This document shows positions 17,339 through 24,828 of a DNA stretch of 62,480 nucleotides, one piece after another. The notes beneath the pieces are model-generated. The model saw only the letters and a program-made list of their open reading frames with translations, had not been told where the DNA came from and did not search any database. Position 1 is the stretch's first letter. Each line of letters begins with the position of its first letter. The DNA is from Vicinamibacterales bacterium (GTDB lineage: Bacteria; Acidobacteriota; Vicinamibacteria; Vicinamibacterales; UBA2999). Location: the NCBI GenBank assembly GCA_050742335.1, contig JBOGIR010000122.1, forward strand, positions 1 through 62,480. Reading direction: 5' to 3'. The translations under genes and the position numbers were made by a program.

Positions 17339-18397
17339 TCACTTCACGCGCGCGTATCTGTAGGGACCGGAGATGTGAATCACGATGAGGGCCGTTGCCG
17401 GGCCCTTGTCGCCGACCTCGAACTGATAGCCGAGCCCCAGGCCTTCGAACACCGTCTGGGAAATCGGCACCAGCGGCCGCGGCGTGCCGTCCTCGAGGCC
17501 GGCGGCGCCGAGGCCCCCCTCGATGGCCGGGCCGACGATCGTGGCAACCAGCTCGTTGCCGGAGAGCGACACTTCGTACGTCCGCTCGCGTCCGCCATAG
17601 ATCCCTTTGTAGACGCCGACGTACCGGGCGAGCTGGTCGCGCGGCACGCTCACCCTCGCGCTAGCGGCATCCGAGAGGCTGCCCCAGTGCTCGCTGCTGC
17701 GTTCGCAGACCGCCTCGAGCATTTCCGTATCGGCGGTGAGCCTCATGGTCGCCTTGAAGCCCCACGGCTTCGTGTACGCGCGCGGGTCGGTGTAGGTGAC
17801 CTCCACCTGGAGACTGCCGAAGTTGGTACGCCGGTAGCGTTCGGTGATCCGCAGCGCATCCGAATGCGAGACCCCGTAGCGGCTCGTCCACACCTTCTCG
17901 TTGTATCCGTTGCTCTCCACGACGAGCGTGTCGCCTTCCCAGCGGCCCACCGAGTACCCGGTCCAGCTTGGCGCGGGCTCGGCTTCGAGCGTGCGGCCGT
18001 CCATGTGGATCACGCGATATGTCAGGTCGTCGTTCAGGAAGGCGATGACGGTCGGCGTCTGGAGGACGCGCTTCCAGCCGCCATACCGCTCCGCCTCGGG
18101 TCCGCTCGGCCGGCACTGGTAATAGGGACGCGAGCGGTGGTACTCCTGCTGATGCTTGCGGGCGAGATCCAGGACCCACGGCTGCAGGTCGGAGGGCTCC
18201 GGACGGCCGAGGATCTGTCCGGCGTTCCATATCCCCGTCAAATCCGGCTTGCCGTCGGGCCCGCGCGGCGCGGGCGCCGCCAGGTTCGGCTTGCCGTCGG
18301 GAGTCCGCGGGATGGCCGGCCATGGACGATCCAGCCATTGGGCCGCCGCGGGCATCGTGCCCGCGATCAGAACGAGTGCCGCGAGAAAGAGCGTCAT
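17339..18397 (-). CDS. secreted paralog-family protein with DUF3471-like C-terminal domain (array copy A6)
   Basis: The start gives 'MTLFLAALVLIAGTMPAAAQWLDRPWPAIPRTPDGKPNL'. Shows 'WTGYSVGRWEGDTLVVESNGYNEKVWT'. Lies 4 nt upstream of A5. Confidence 0.85.
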   Translation of the reverse strand: MTLFLAALVLIAGTMPAAAQWLDRPWPAIPRTPDGKPNLAAPAPRGPDGKPDLTGIWNAGQILGRPEPSDLQPWVLDLARKHQQEYHRSRPYYQCRPSGPEAERYGGWKRVLQTPTVIAFLNDDLTYRVIHMDGRTLEAEPAPSWTGYSVGRWEGDTLVVESNGYNEKVWTSRYGVSHSDALRITERYRRTNFGSLQVEVTYTDPRAYTKPWGFKATMRLTADTEMLEAVCERSSEHWGSLSDAASARVSVPRDQLARYVGVYKGIYGGRERTYEVSLSGNELVATIVGPAIEGGLGAAGLEDGTPRPLVPISQTVFEGLGLGYQFEVGDKGPATALIVIHISGPYRYARVK

Positions 18398-18481
18398 ATC
18401 CGTCCTCCAGCGTTGGGCGGGATCGTAACACGCCGGCACGGCGGCGGATGCTTGCTTGGATCCTTTCTTCGCGGCCTCGTG

Positions 18482-18574
18482 GATCGGCGGAGCGACGTGT
18501 GGGCGTTTGGGGCCGTGCTGTTCGAGATGTTGACGGGGCGGCGGGCATTCGGGGGAGACGACCTCTCCGACACG
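18482..18574 (+). pseudogene. 31-codon relic of a Ser/Thr protein kinase (subdomain IX only)
   Basis: Translates to DRRSDVWAFGAVLFEMLTGRRAFGGDDLSDT. Compare intact copies 'TRTDIWAFGCVLYEMLTGRRAFGGEGVTDT' (20134 gene) and 'RRADLWAFGVVVWEMLTGRRLFEGATVSDT' (59859 gene). No start and no other kinase subdomains are present. Confidence 0.7.
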
Positions 18575-18603
18575 GGCGGCCCTTGGCCTTCTTATTATGT
18601 CAA

Positions 18604-18645
18604 TCAAACATTATGTTTGACCGTCATCAAGATATTCTCGATACT
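18604..18645 (+). promoter_or_regulatory. AT-rich putative promoter with perfect palindrome TCAAACAT-t-ATGTTTGA overlapping a TTGACC -35 box
   Basis: Palindrome at 18604-18620. TTGACC at 18617-18622, a 17-nt spacer, then GATACT at 18640-18645. The ATG of the ATPase gene follows at 18657 with no obvious SD. Confidence 0.35.
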
Positions 18646-18656
18646 GCCGATCGAGC

Positions 18657-19922
18657 ATGGAGTTCGTCAACCGGGCGGCGGAGCTGCGCGAACTGGACGC
18701 GGCGGCCACGCGAGGTGGTCTGTTGGTGATGTTCGGCCGGCGGCGCGTCGGCAAGACGCGACTGCTCCGGCAGTGGCTGCACGCGCGCGACGGGCTCTAC
18801 AGCCAGACCATCGAGGCGCAGCGCGACCTGCAGATCCAACAGGTGTTCTCCGACCTCCGCCCGCAACTCGACACGCAGCTGGTTCCCAGGGCGTGGCCGG
18901 AACTCTTCGAAATCCTCGCGCTGCACAAGCGGCGCTGGGTGCTGTGCCTCGACGAGTTCCCCTACCTGACGGCGGTGGACTCGTCGCTGCCGAGCCAGTT
19001 GCTGAAGTGGCTGGACCATTCGCTTCCGCGCGGCTGCCTGGTCATCGTCACGGGCTCGAGCACGCGCATGATGAACGACCTGTTCCTCCACCGGGCGGCG
19101 CCGTTGTACGGCCGCGCGCGAAAGCTCCTGCATGTCCAGCCCATGGACTACGTCGCATTCTGCGCCGCCTGCGACCTTCGAGCCGCCGACCCGGATGCAT
19201 TCGAGACGTTCGCTTGTGTCGGCGGCATCCCGAAGTATTGGGAGTTCGTCGAAGCAGGGCAGGATGCCGTGGCGCTCGCCGAGTCGCTCTACTTCGATTA
19301 CGCGCCCTACATGGAGCAGGAGCCGCAGCGGATCCTGCGCGACGAAGGCGTCATCGGCCTGAACGCCGTCGCCGTGCTCGAGGCCGTGGGCCGAGGCGCG
19401 GAGCGACCGTCGGAAATCGCCGGCCGGCTCGGCACCGCGCAGACCAACCTGTCGCGACTGCTCCAGCAGCTGCTCGATGCCTCCATCCTGATCCGCGAGC
19501 TTCCATTCGGCGAGAGCGTGCGTTCGACGAGGAAGAGTCTCTACCGTATTCAGGATCCGGCCATGCGCTTCTGGTACCGGGTCTTCTCGCCACACCGGAG
19601 CCGCTGGCGCACCTACACGGCAACGGACAAGCGCTCGCTCATTCATGCTCACGCAGCGACCGTGTTCGAAGACGTGTGCCGCGCCCGCATTCCGGGCGCG
19701 CAGCGGTATTGGGAACGCCACGTCGAGTTGGACCTGGTCGCGCCCGACCCCGAAGACCGCCGGAGGTTGCTCGTGGCGGAAGTCAAATGGCGTCGCCTGA
19801 CCGTCGCGGAGCGAAGGCACGTGCTCCGTCAGCTCGAGAGCAAGTGGTCGCGCTGTTCCCTGCGCACACGCCACCCCAAGGTGCGCTTCGCCGTGCTCGA
19901 TGCCGGCGCCCTGAGCGGCTGA
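18657..19922 (+). CDS. ATP-binding protein, Arch_ATPase (AAA+) N-terminus with DUF234-like C-terminus
   Basis: Walker A 'GRRRVGKT', Walker B 'VLCLDEF', a wHTH-like 'PSEIAGRLGTAQTNLSRLLQQL' and a C-terminal 'ELDLVA...VAEVKW' nuclease-fold-like motif. Confidence 0.8.
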   Translation: MEFVNRAAELRELDAAATRGGLLVMFGRRRVGKTRLLRQWLHARDGLYSQTIEAQRDLQIQQVFSDLRPQLDTQLVPRAWPELFEILALHKRRWVLCLDEFPYLTAVDSSLPSQLLKWLDHSLPRGCLVIVTGSSTRMMNDLFLHRAAPLYGRARKLLHVQPMDYVAFCAACDLRAADPDAFETFACVGGIPKYWEFVEAGQDAVALAESLYFDYAPYMEQEPQRILRDEGVIGLNAVAVLEAVGRGAERPSEIAGRLGTAQTNLSRLLQQLLDASILIRELPFGESVRSTRKSLYRIQDPAMRFWYRVFSPHRSRWRTYTATDKRSLIHAHAATVFEDVCRARIPGAQRYWERHVELDLVAPDPEDRRRLLVAEVKWRRLTVAERRHVLRQLESKWSRCSLRTRHPKVRFAVLDAGALSG

Positions 19923-20133
19923 GCGTCGCCTTCGACACGGCCGATCGCGATTGTGACCGGCCAGGTGCAAGGCGTCCGTCAAGCCGCGTCTCGCTCCCGC
20001 TCGGCGCGAGCATGCACGAGTCCTCCCCATGTGCAGTGCTTCCAGCGGTCCGGTCCTGCCTACCGGGCGGATCTGGCTCGAGCTCCTGTCCGGCGTCCAC
20101 GCAGTAGAATTGCGCCAAGGCCTCCAACTCCAG

Positions 20134-22818
20134 ATGGCCCTTCCTCCCGGCACCCGGATCGGGTCCTATGAAGTCACCGCCCAGATTGGCGCAGGCGGGA
20201 TGGGGGAGGTGTACCGCGCGACGGACACTAAACTCCGTCGACAGGTCGCTCTGAAAGTCCTGCCAGACGCTTTTGCGCAGGATGCTGACCGCCTCGCTCG
20301 CTTCGAGCGTGAAGCACGTACGCTCGCCTCGATGAACCACCCGAATATCGCCGCCATCTTCGGTCTCGAAGACGCTGCAGACGTGCATGCCCTCGTCATG
20401 GAACTGGTCGAGGGGCCGACGCTGGCGGACCAGATCGCGCGGGGCGCGATTCCCTTTGACGAGGCGTTGCCTATCGCGCGGCAGGTGGTGGACGCCCTCG
20501 AAGCGGCGCATGGGCAGAGCGTCATTCATCGCGACCTGAAGCCCGCGAACATCAAGCTGCGGCCGGATGGCGTGGTGAAGGTCCTCGACTTCGGGCTTGC
20601 GAAGCTCGTGGACACGAGTGGGCCTGATGCCACTGCTGGGGATGAAGTCGCAACCTACTCGCCCACGCTCTCGCTTGCTGCGACGCGCGCTGGCGTCATT
20701 CTCGGCACTGCCGCCTACATGAGTCCTGAGCAGGCGCGCGGCAAACCCGTCGACACGCGAACCGACATTTGGGCATTCGGCTGCGTGTTGTACGAGATGC
20801 TGACGGGCCGCCGCGCCTTCGGCGGCGAGGGTGTGACCGACACGCTGGCGTCGGTGGTCCGTGCCGAACCCGACTGGAACACGCTGCCCGCAGCGACGCC
20901 TCCCGGGACGCGGCGGCTGCTTCGCCGCTGCCTGCGGAAGGATCCACGCGAGCGGCTACGCGATGTCGGTGACGCCCGCCTGGAGCTTGCCGAGGCCGAG
21001 GAACCGCCTCCCACCGTTCCGGGTAGTTCTACACAGCGCCTGAAGTGGTCGAACGCGGTCGTGCTCCTCGCGGCGCTGGTGGCCGGAATCGGCGGCTGGC
21101 TGCTGCGATCGAATGTGGCAGGCGGAGCCTCCGTGCGGACGGTGCAGGTACAGCGCTTGACGGACCTGGTCGGCGTCGAGGAAGCGCCGGCGCTCTCGCC
21201 GGATGGGAGGGCCGTGGCGTTCGTGGCCGCCGCAGCGGGCGGCCGGCGGCAAATCTGGGTCCGCCTGGTCGCGGGTGGCGCACCGCTGGTGTTGACCCAC
21301 GACGAGATGGACCACTACGGACCGCGCTGGTCGCCCGATTCGGCCAGTCTCATCTACTTCACGCCGGGCGCGCAGCCCGGGGACGCGGGGGCCATCTGGG
21401 AGATTCCCGCGCTCGGCGGCACGGCACGGCGCCTCGTCAACGCGCTGGCCCCTGGTGATCTGAGTCACGACGGTCGGAGTCTGGCCTTCTTCCGGTTTCA
21501 GGAGGGCGCCACCGAGTTGGCGGTTGCCGCGCGCGATCAATCCAGTATCCGTCCGATCGCGAGGCTTCCCACCGGCTGGTATTCGAATCTGCGTTGGTCG
21601 CCTGACGATCGCCGGCTCGCCTATATCTACGAGGGGGGCAGCGCGGCGTTTTCAACGACGCTGTTCGTCGTCAGCGCTTCCGGGGGAGAGTCACGAACCC
21701 TGGCAGACGATTTCTATTATCAAGGCGCTGCGTGGCTGCCGGATGGCTCCGGGTTTGTCGTCAGCTCCGCGCAAGGCAGCCTCATGTCCTATCCGCCCAC
21801 CTACAATCTGTGGACGGTACCGCTCGACGGCGGCCCTCCAGCGCAGTTGACCTTCGGCGAGTACTCGTACGAGTCGCCCGATCTGGGGCCGGCGAGCGGC
21901 CTGGTCGTCAGCCGCGTGCGTGCGCAATCCGACGTGTGGAAGTTCCCCGTGACCGGGGAGCCGGCGGAGAACGCGCGCAATGGGACACGGATCACGCGGC
22001 AGACCGGATTGCTGCAGACCGTGTCCGTCAGCCCGGATGAATCCGAGGTCGTGTTTCTGTCCGACAACGGGGGACACGCCAATGTATGGACCGCTCGTGT
22101 GGCAAATGGCGAGATGCGGCCCATCACGCGCGAGTTCGATCCACGCGTGATCGTCGCCGTGCCCGTCTGGTCTCCCCGAGGCGACTGGATCAACTTCCTG
22201 TCGACCCGGAATTCCGGCACGACCGACGTCACACTCTGGCTGGCGCGGCCGGACGGCAGCGACCCGCGCGATCTCGGTATCGTCGGTGTGTGGGCATGCT
22301 GGTCCGGTGACGGCCAGTGGCTCTACTACACGGCTGTCGAAGCGGGAAGGTACCGCATGCGAAAGGTACGGATCGACAGTGGCGAGCCCGGCATCGTGCG
22401 AGACGATGATGCGATTGGATGCTCCATATCGCCCGACGGATCGGCCCTGTACTACGCGAAAATCTTGACGCAGGCTGCCGCGGCGTGGGATCTCGAGCTT
22501 CGCGCTGCGAGCCCCGAGAACGGCCCGTCGAGGGTCCTCGGCCGCGTGTCCGGATCGCGCGTGCCGTCGGGCTCGGCCAACTTTCAGGCCCTGCTGTCGC
22601 CCGACGGACGCTGGCTGGCGATGCCCCTCCTCGACGGTTCGACTACGAATCTCTGGGCGATTTCCACCGACACCGGTGAGTGGCGGCGGCTCACCGATTT
22701 TGGCGAGCGCAACGTGATGATCGCGCGGCGGATTGCGTGGTCGCGAGACGGCAGACACTTGTACGCGTCGGTATCCGACGTCGACTCGGACGTCATCATG
22801 CTCGCCGGTTTGCCGTAG
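20134..22818 (+). CDS. Ser/Thr protein kinase with TM segment and C-terminal TolB-like (PD40/WD40-like) beta-propeller
   Basis: Shows 'IGAGGMGEVYRA', 'HRDLKPANI', 'DFGLAK' and 'YMSPEQ'. One TM segment (VVLLAALVAGIGGWLL), then repeated 'SPDG..LAF/ SPDD..' PD40 motifs. Confidence 0.9.
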   Translation: MALPPGTRIGSYEVTAQIGAGGMGEVYRATDTKLRRQVALKVLPDAFAQDADRLARFEREARTLASMNHPNIAAIFGLEDAADVHALVMELVEGPTLADQIARGAIPFDEALPIARQVVDALEAAHGQSVIHRDLKPANIKLRPDGVVKVLDFGLAKLVDTSGPDATAGDEVATYSPTLSLAATRAGVILGTAAYMSPEQARGKPVDTRTDIWAFGCVLYEMLTGRRAFGGEGVTDTLASVVRAEPDWNTLPAATPPGTRRLLRRCLRKDPRERLRDVGDARLELAEAEEPPPTVPGSSTQRLKWSNAVVLLAALVAGIGGWLLRSNVAGGASVRTVQVQRLTDLVGVEEAPALSPDGRAVAFVAAAAGGRRQIWVRLVAGGAPLVLTHDEMDHYGPRWSPDSASLIYFTPGAQPGDAGAIWEIPALGGTARRLVNALAPGDLSHDGRSLAFFRFQEGATELAVAARDQSSIRPIARLPTGWYSNLRWSPDDRRLAYIYEGGSAAFSTTLFVVSASGGESRTLADDFYYQGAAWLPDGSGFVVSSAQGSLMSYPPTYNLWTVPLDGGPPAQLTFGEYSYESPDLGPASGLVVSRVRAQSDVWKFPVTGEPAENARNGTRITRQTGLLQTVSVSPDESEVVFLSDNGGHANVWTARVANGEMRPITREFDPRVIVAVPVWSPRGDWINFLSTRNSGTTDVTLWLARPDGSDPRDLGIVGVWACWSGDGQWLYYTAVEAGRYRMRKVRIDSGEPGIVRDDDAIGCSISPDGSALYYAKILTQAAAAWDLELRAASPENGPSRVLGRVSGSRVPSGSANFQALLSPDGRWLAMPLLDGSTTNLWAISTDTGEWRRLTDFGERNVMIARRIAWSRDGRHLYASVSDVDSDVIMLAGLP

Positions 22819-22846
22819 CGTCACACACGGAGAACAGGAACTGACT

Positions 22847-22903
22847 GGACCGCTATACGGCTCCAAACGCGAATTTTGCACTCGTGAATCCGTATAGCGG
22901 TCC
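22847..22903. repeat. ~60-bp palindromic element, copy P2
   Basis: GGACCGCTATACGGCTCCAAACGCGAATTTTGCACTCGTGAATCCGTATAGCGGTCC, 29 nt after the kinase stop. Confidence 0.85.
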
Positions 22904-23018
22904 TGGGTACGCGGATGACACCTGTCAATGAGAGTCGGCAGGCCGACCTGCCATGACATCGTATCGCCCGGCGGAAGCCTGAAACTTGTGTGACGGGTGC
23001 CGGGGGCGCGCCCAGGAG

Positions 23019-23375
23019 TCAGGCGGCGCGCAACGTGAATTCGACGCGGATGGCGTCGAACGGGAACGCCACCCGGTTCGCCTCGGTCCTCTCCAGAAGG
23101 CCAGCGTCGATCAGCGCATGCACGTCGCCATGGACGGCTTTCACATCGCGTGCGACCCGTCGTGCGACCTCACGGATGGTCAGTGGCCCTTGACCGGCCA
23201 TGGCCTTGAGCACGTCCCATCGCTTCGCCGTGAGGACCTTCCAGAGCAGTTCGGGCGTGGCGAAGCTAATCCGGGCTCGCTGCTTCTTGCCTCTGAACGC
23301 CTCGAGTGCTCGACGCGTCACGTCGTCGCGGGAGGCGACCTCCAACGTCACGGTCTTCATTGTCGCTGCCTCCAT
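23019..23375 (-). CDS. winged-helix DNA-binding protein, putative antitoxin partner of the TumE-like gene
   Basis: Shows 'LTAKRWDVLKAMAGQGPLTIREVARRVARDVKAVHGDVHALIDAGLL', a MarR/ArsR-like wHTH. Abuts or overlaps the upstream gene's stop. Confidence 0.7.
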   Translation of the reverse strand: MEAATMKTVTLEVASRDDVTRRALEAFRGKKQRARISFATPELLWKVLTAKRWDVLKAMAGQGPLTIREVARRVARDVKAVHGDVHALIDAGLLERTEANRVAFPFDAIRVEFTLRAA

Positions 23376-23701
23376 GCGTCCACGTCCGCCCAGAAATCGG
23401 CCAGGAGTGTTTCGTAGCTGCTGAACGAATAGACGGTTGCGACGTCGCCGACGTGCCGGTGATCACCTTTGCCGGTCTCGTTGTCGTAGCGCAGCACACA
23501 TTCGCCGGCGACGACGAGCGCCAGGCGGTACTTGAAGCGGTGCGTCGAACCCTTGACTGGGTGTGGAACACGCCAGACGACCACTTCGGCGAAGGCATCC
23601 TCGGCCAGGACATGGCGCTCCTGGGTCAGCGCCTCCGCCTTCATGTTGGAGATTATGCCAACACCCTGGGTTGTTGTCAAACACTCCAACATTGCTGGCA
23701 A
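23357..23701 (-). CDS. TumE-like (DUF6516-like) toxin-family protein
   Basis: 'HRFKYRLALVVAGECVLRYDNETGKGDHRH' matches my recollection of the RYDN...H-x-H signature of DUF6516/TumE. The start may be the internal ATG at 23644. Confidence 0.55.
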   Translation of the reverse strand: MPAMLECLTTTQGVGIISNMKAEALTQERHVLAEDAFAEVVVWRVPHPVKGSTHRFKYRLALVVAGECVLRYDNETGKGDHRHVGDVATVYSFSSYETLLADFWADVDAWRQRQ

Positions 23702-23927
23702 CGGTCATGACCATTGCTCGGCTGTGGGACTGACAGCACTCAGCCGCCCCGCATTTCGGGCACGAGGCGCGACTTCGAGCGGCGTCGGGGTCGGCTGCGT
23801 GAATCCGAGGATCCTCCCGGTCGTGACGCGCTGGATCATCTCTACGGCAGAGCGTCGTGACGCGGCTGCTCGAAGCCGGTGAACCGACCCGAGTGACACC
23901 GGTCGATCTCCATGGCGCACGCTGAAT

Positions 23928-24365
23928 CTACGATGGGATGTGCGCGGTGGTCATCCCACGCGCCGCCGCCGCAGTCGTCTGTCGAGCGTCAGCGCTCACG
24001 AAGATGAAGGCAGACGGGGCCAAGCGAGTGGCGAACAACTGCGCGGATGCCACGTGAATGGCGTCGAGCGCTCGCAGGGGATGGGTCGCAGCTAGCGTCT
24101 CCGCAGCGGCGAGTGCCTCGCTGGAGACTTCGACAAAAGTCCAGAAGGCTCGGTCGGCGGTGACGCGTTTCAGGATCGTGGGTATCTGCTCCTCATCGAG
24201 CGTGCCGTCGGACACTCGGCGCCGCAAGGCGCTGCGTACCTCAATCGGCAGGACCGCCGAGACGACGCAATCGTTCTTGCGGAGAAGCTGCAGCACCTCG
24301 CGGCGGCCGATCTCGTCGACGTAGCGCTTGATGAGGGCGCTCGTGTCGAAGTACGCCCAGGCCAC
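23928..24365 (-). CDS. vapC: PIN-domain ribonuclease toxin VapC
   Basis: N-terminal 'YFDTSALIKRY', plus 'LRALDAIHVASA' and the conserved acidic residues of a PIN domain. Lies 7 nt downstream of the antitoxin gene. Confidence 0.85.
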   Translation of the reverse strand: MAWAYFDTSALIKRYVDEIGRREVLQLLRKNDCVVSAVLPIEVRSALRRRVSDGTLDEEQIPTILKRVTADRAFWTFVEVSSEALAAAETLAATHPLRALDAIHVASAQLFATRLAPSAFIFVSADARQTTAAAARGMTTAHIPS

Positions 24366-24372
24366 AGCTACG

Positions 24373-24660
24373 TTAGAAACGATCCTCGCGGTCTTCGATG
24401 ATCGTGTGCGAGAGCGACTTGCCCTTCAGTCTGATCGGCTTCCAGCGGGGCGACGGCAGCCGACCTTTGCGAGAGGGCAAGGTAATCAGCCCTTTGTCGG
24501 CCATCCCTGTGAGGGTGGCCTCCAAGGCCTGCTCTTCCTTGATCGGTTTGATGACTGCGATGGGGTGTCCACGCTCGGTCAAGATGACTTCGTTGCCGGC
24601 GCGGACCGCCTTGATGGCTTTCGAGAAGTGCTGGTTGGCTTCGCGCAGTCCAAGCTTCAT
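24373..24660 (-). CDS. Phd/YefM-type antitoxin (VapB partner)
   Basis: 'MKLGLREANQHFSKAIKAVRAGNEVILTERGHPIAVIKP' is the classic Phd/YefM N-terminal fold signature. Confidence 0.8.
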   Translation of the reverse strand: MKLGLREANQHFSKAIKAVRAGNEVILTERGHPIAVIKPIKEEQALEATLTGMADKGLITLPSRKGRLPSPRWKPIRLKGKSLSHTIIEDREDRF

Positions 24661-24828
24661 GTAGTGATGTTACTACATTCAGACCCAGTCTGCCGTCGAA
24701 CTTGAAGCACACCCACGTATTCTCCACGTGCGACGCCTCGAGCGCTCGACGCGTTCCACCTATCGCTCCTGCTATCATTCCGCCCGTGCGCTGAAGCGGG
24801 CGCATCGGAACAGCGGCTGGAGGGAACT

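Noticed and set aside
17108-20107. A very long 999-aa ORF on the + strand. There are many other long ORFs antisense or out of frame to real genes, e.g. 654..1646, 2232..3308, 6419..7876, 18627..20153, 24775..25878, 35193..36908, 39908..41539, 41638..43356 and 45145..46614.
   Set aside because: Their translations are Arg/Ala/Gly/Pro-rich low-complexity sequence with no motifs. They overlap genes that have clear family signatures on another frame or strand. Such stop-free shadow frames are expected in very GC-rich DNA.
23705-23920. A 71-aa minus-strand ORF between the two TA pairs.
   Set aside because: It has no recognisable motif or RBS, and its composition resembles the GC-driven shadow ORFs. 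It is kept only as a note inside the TA-islet finding.
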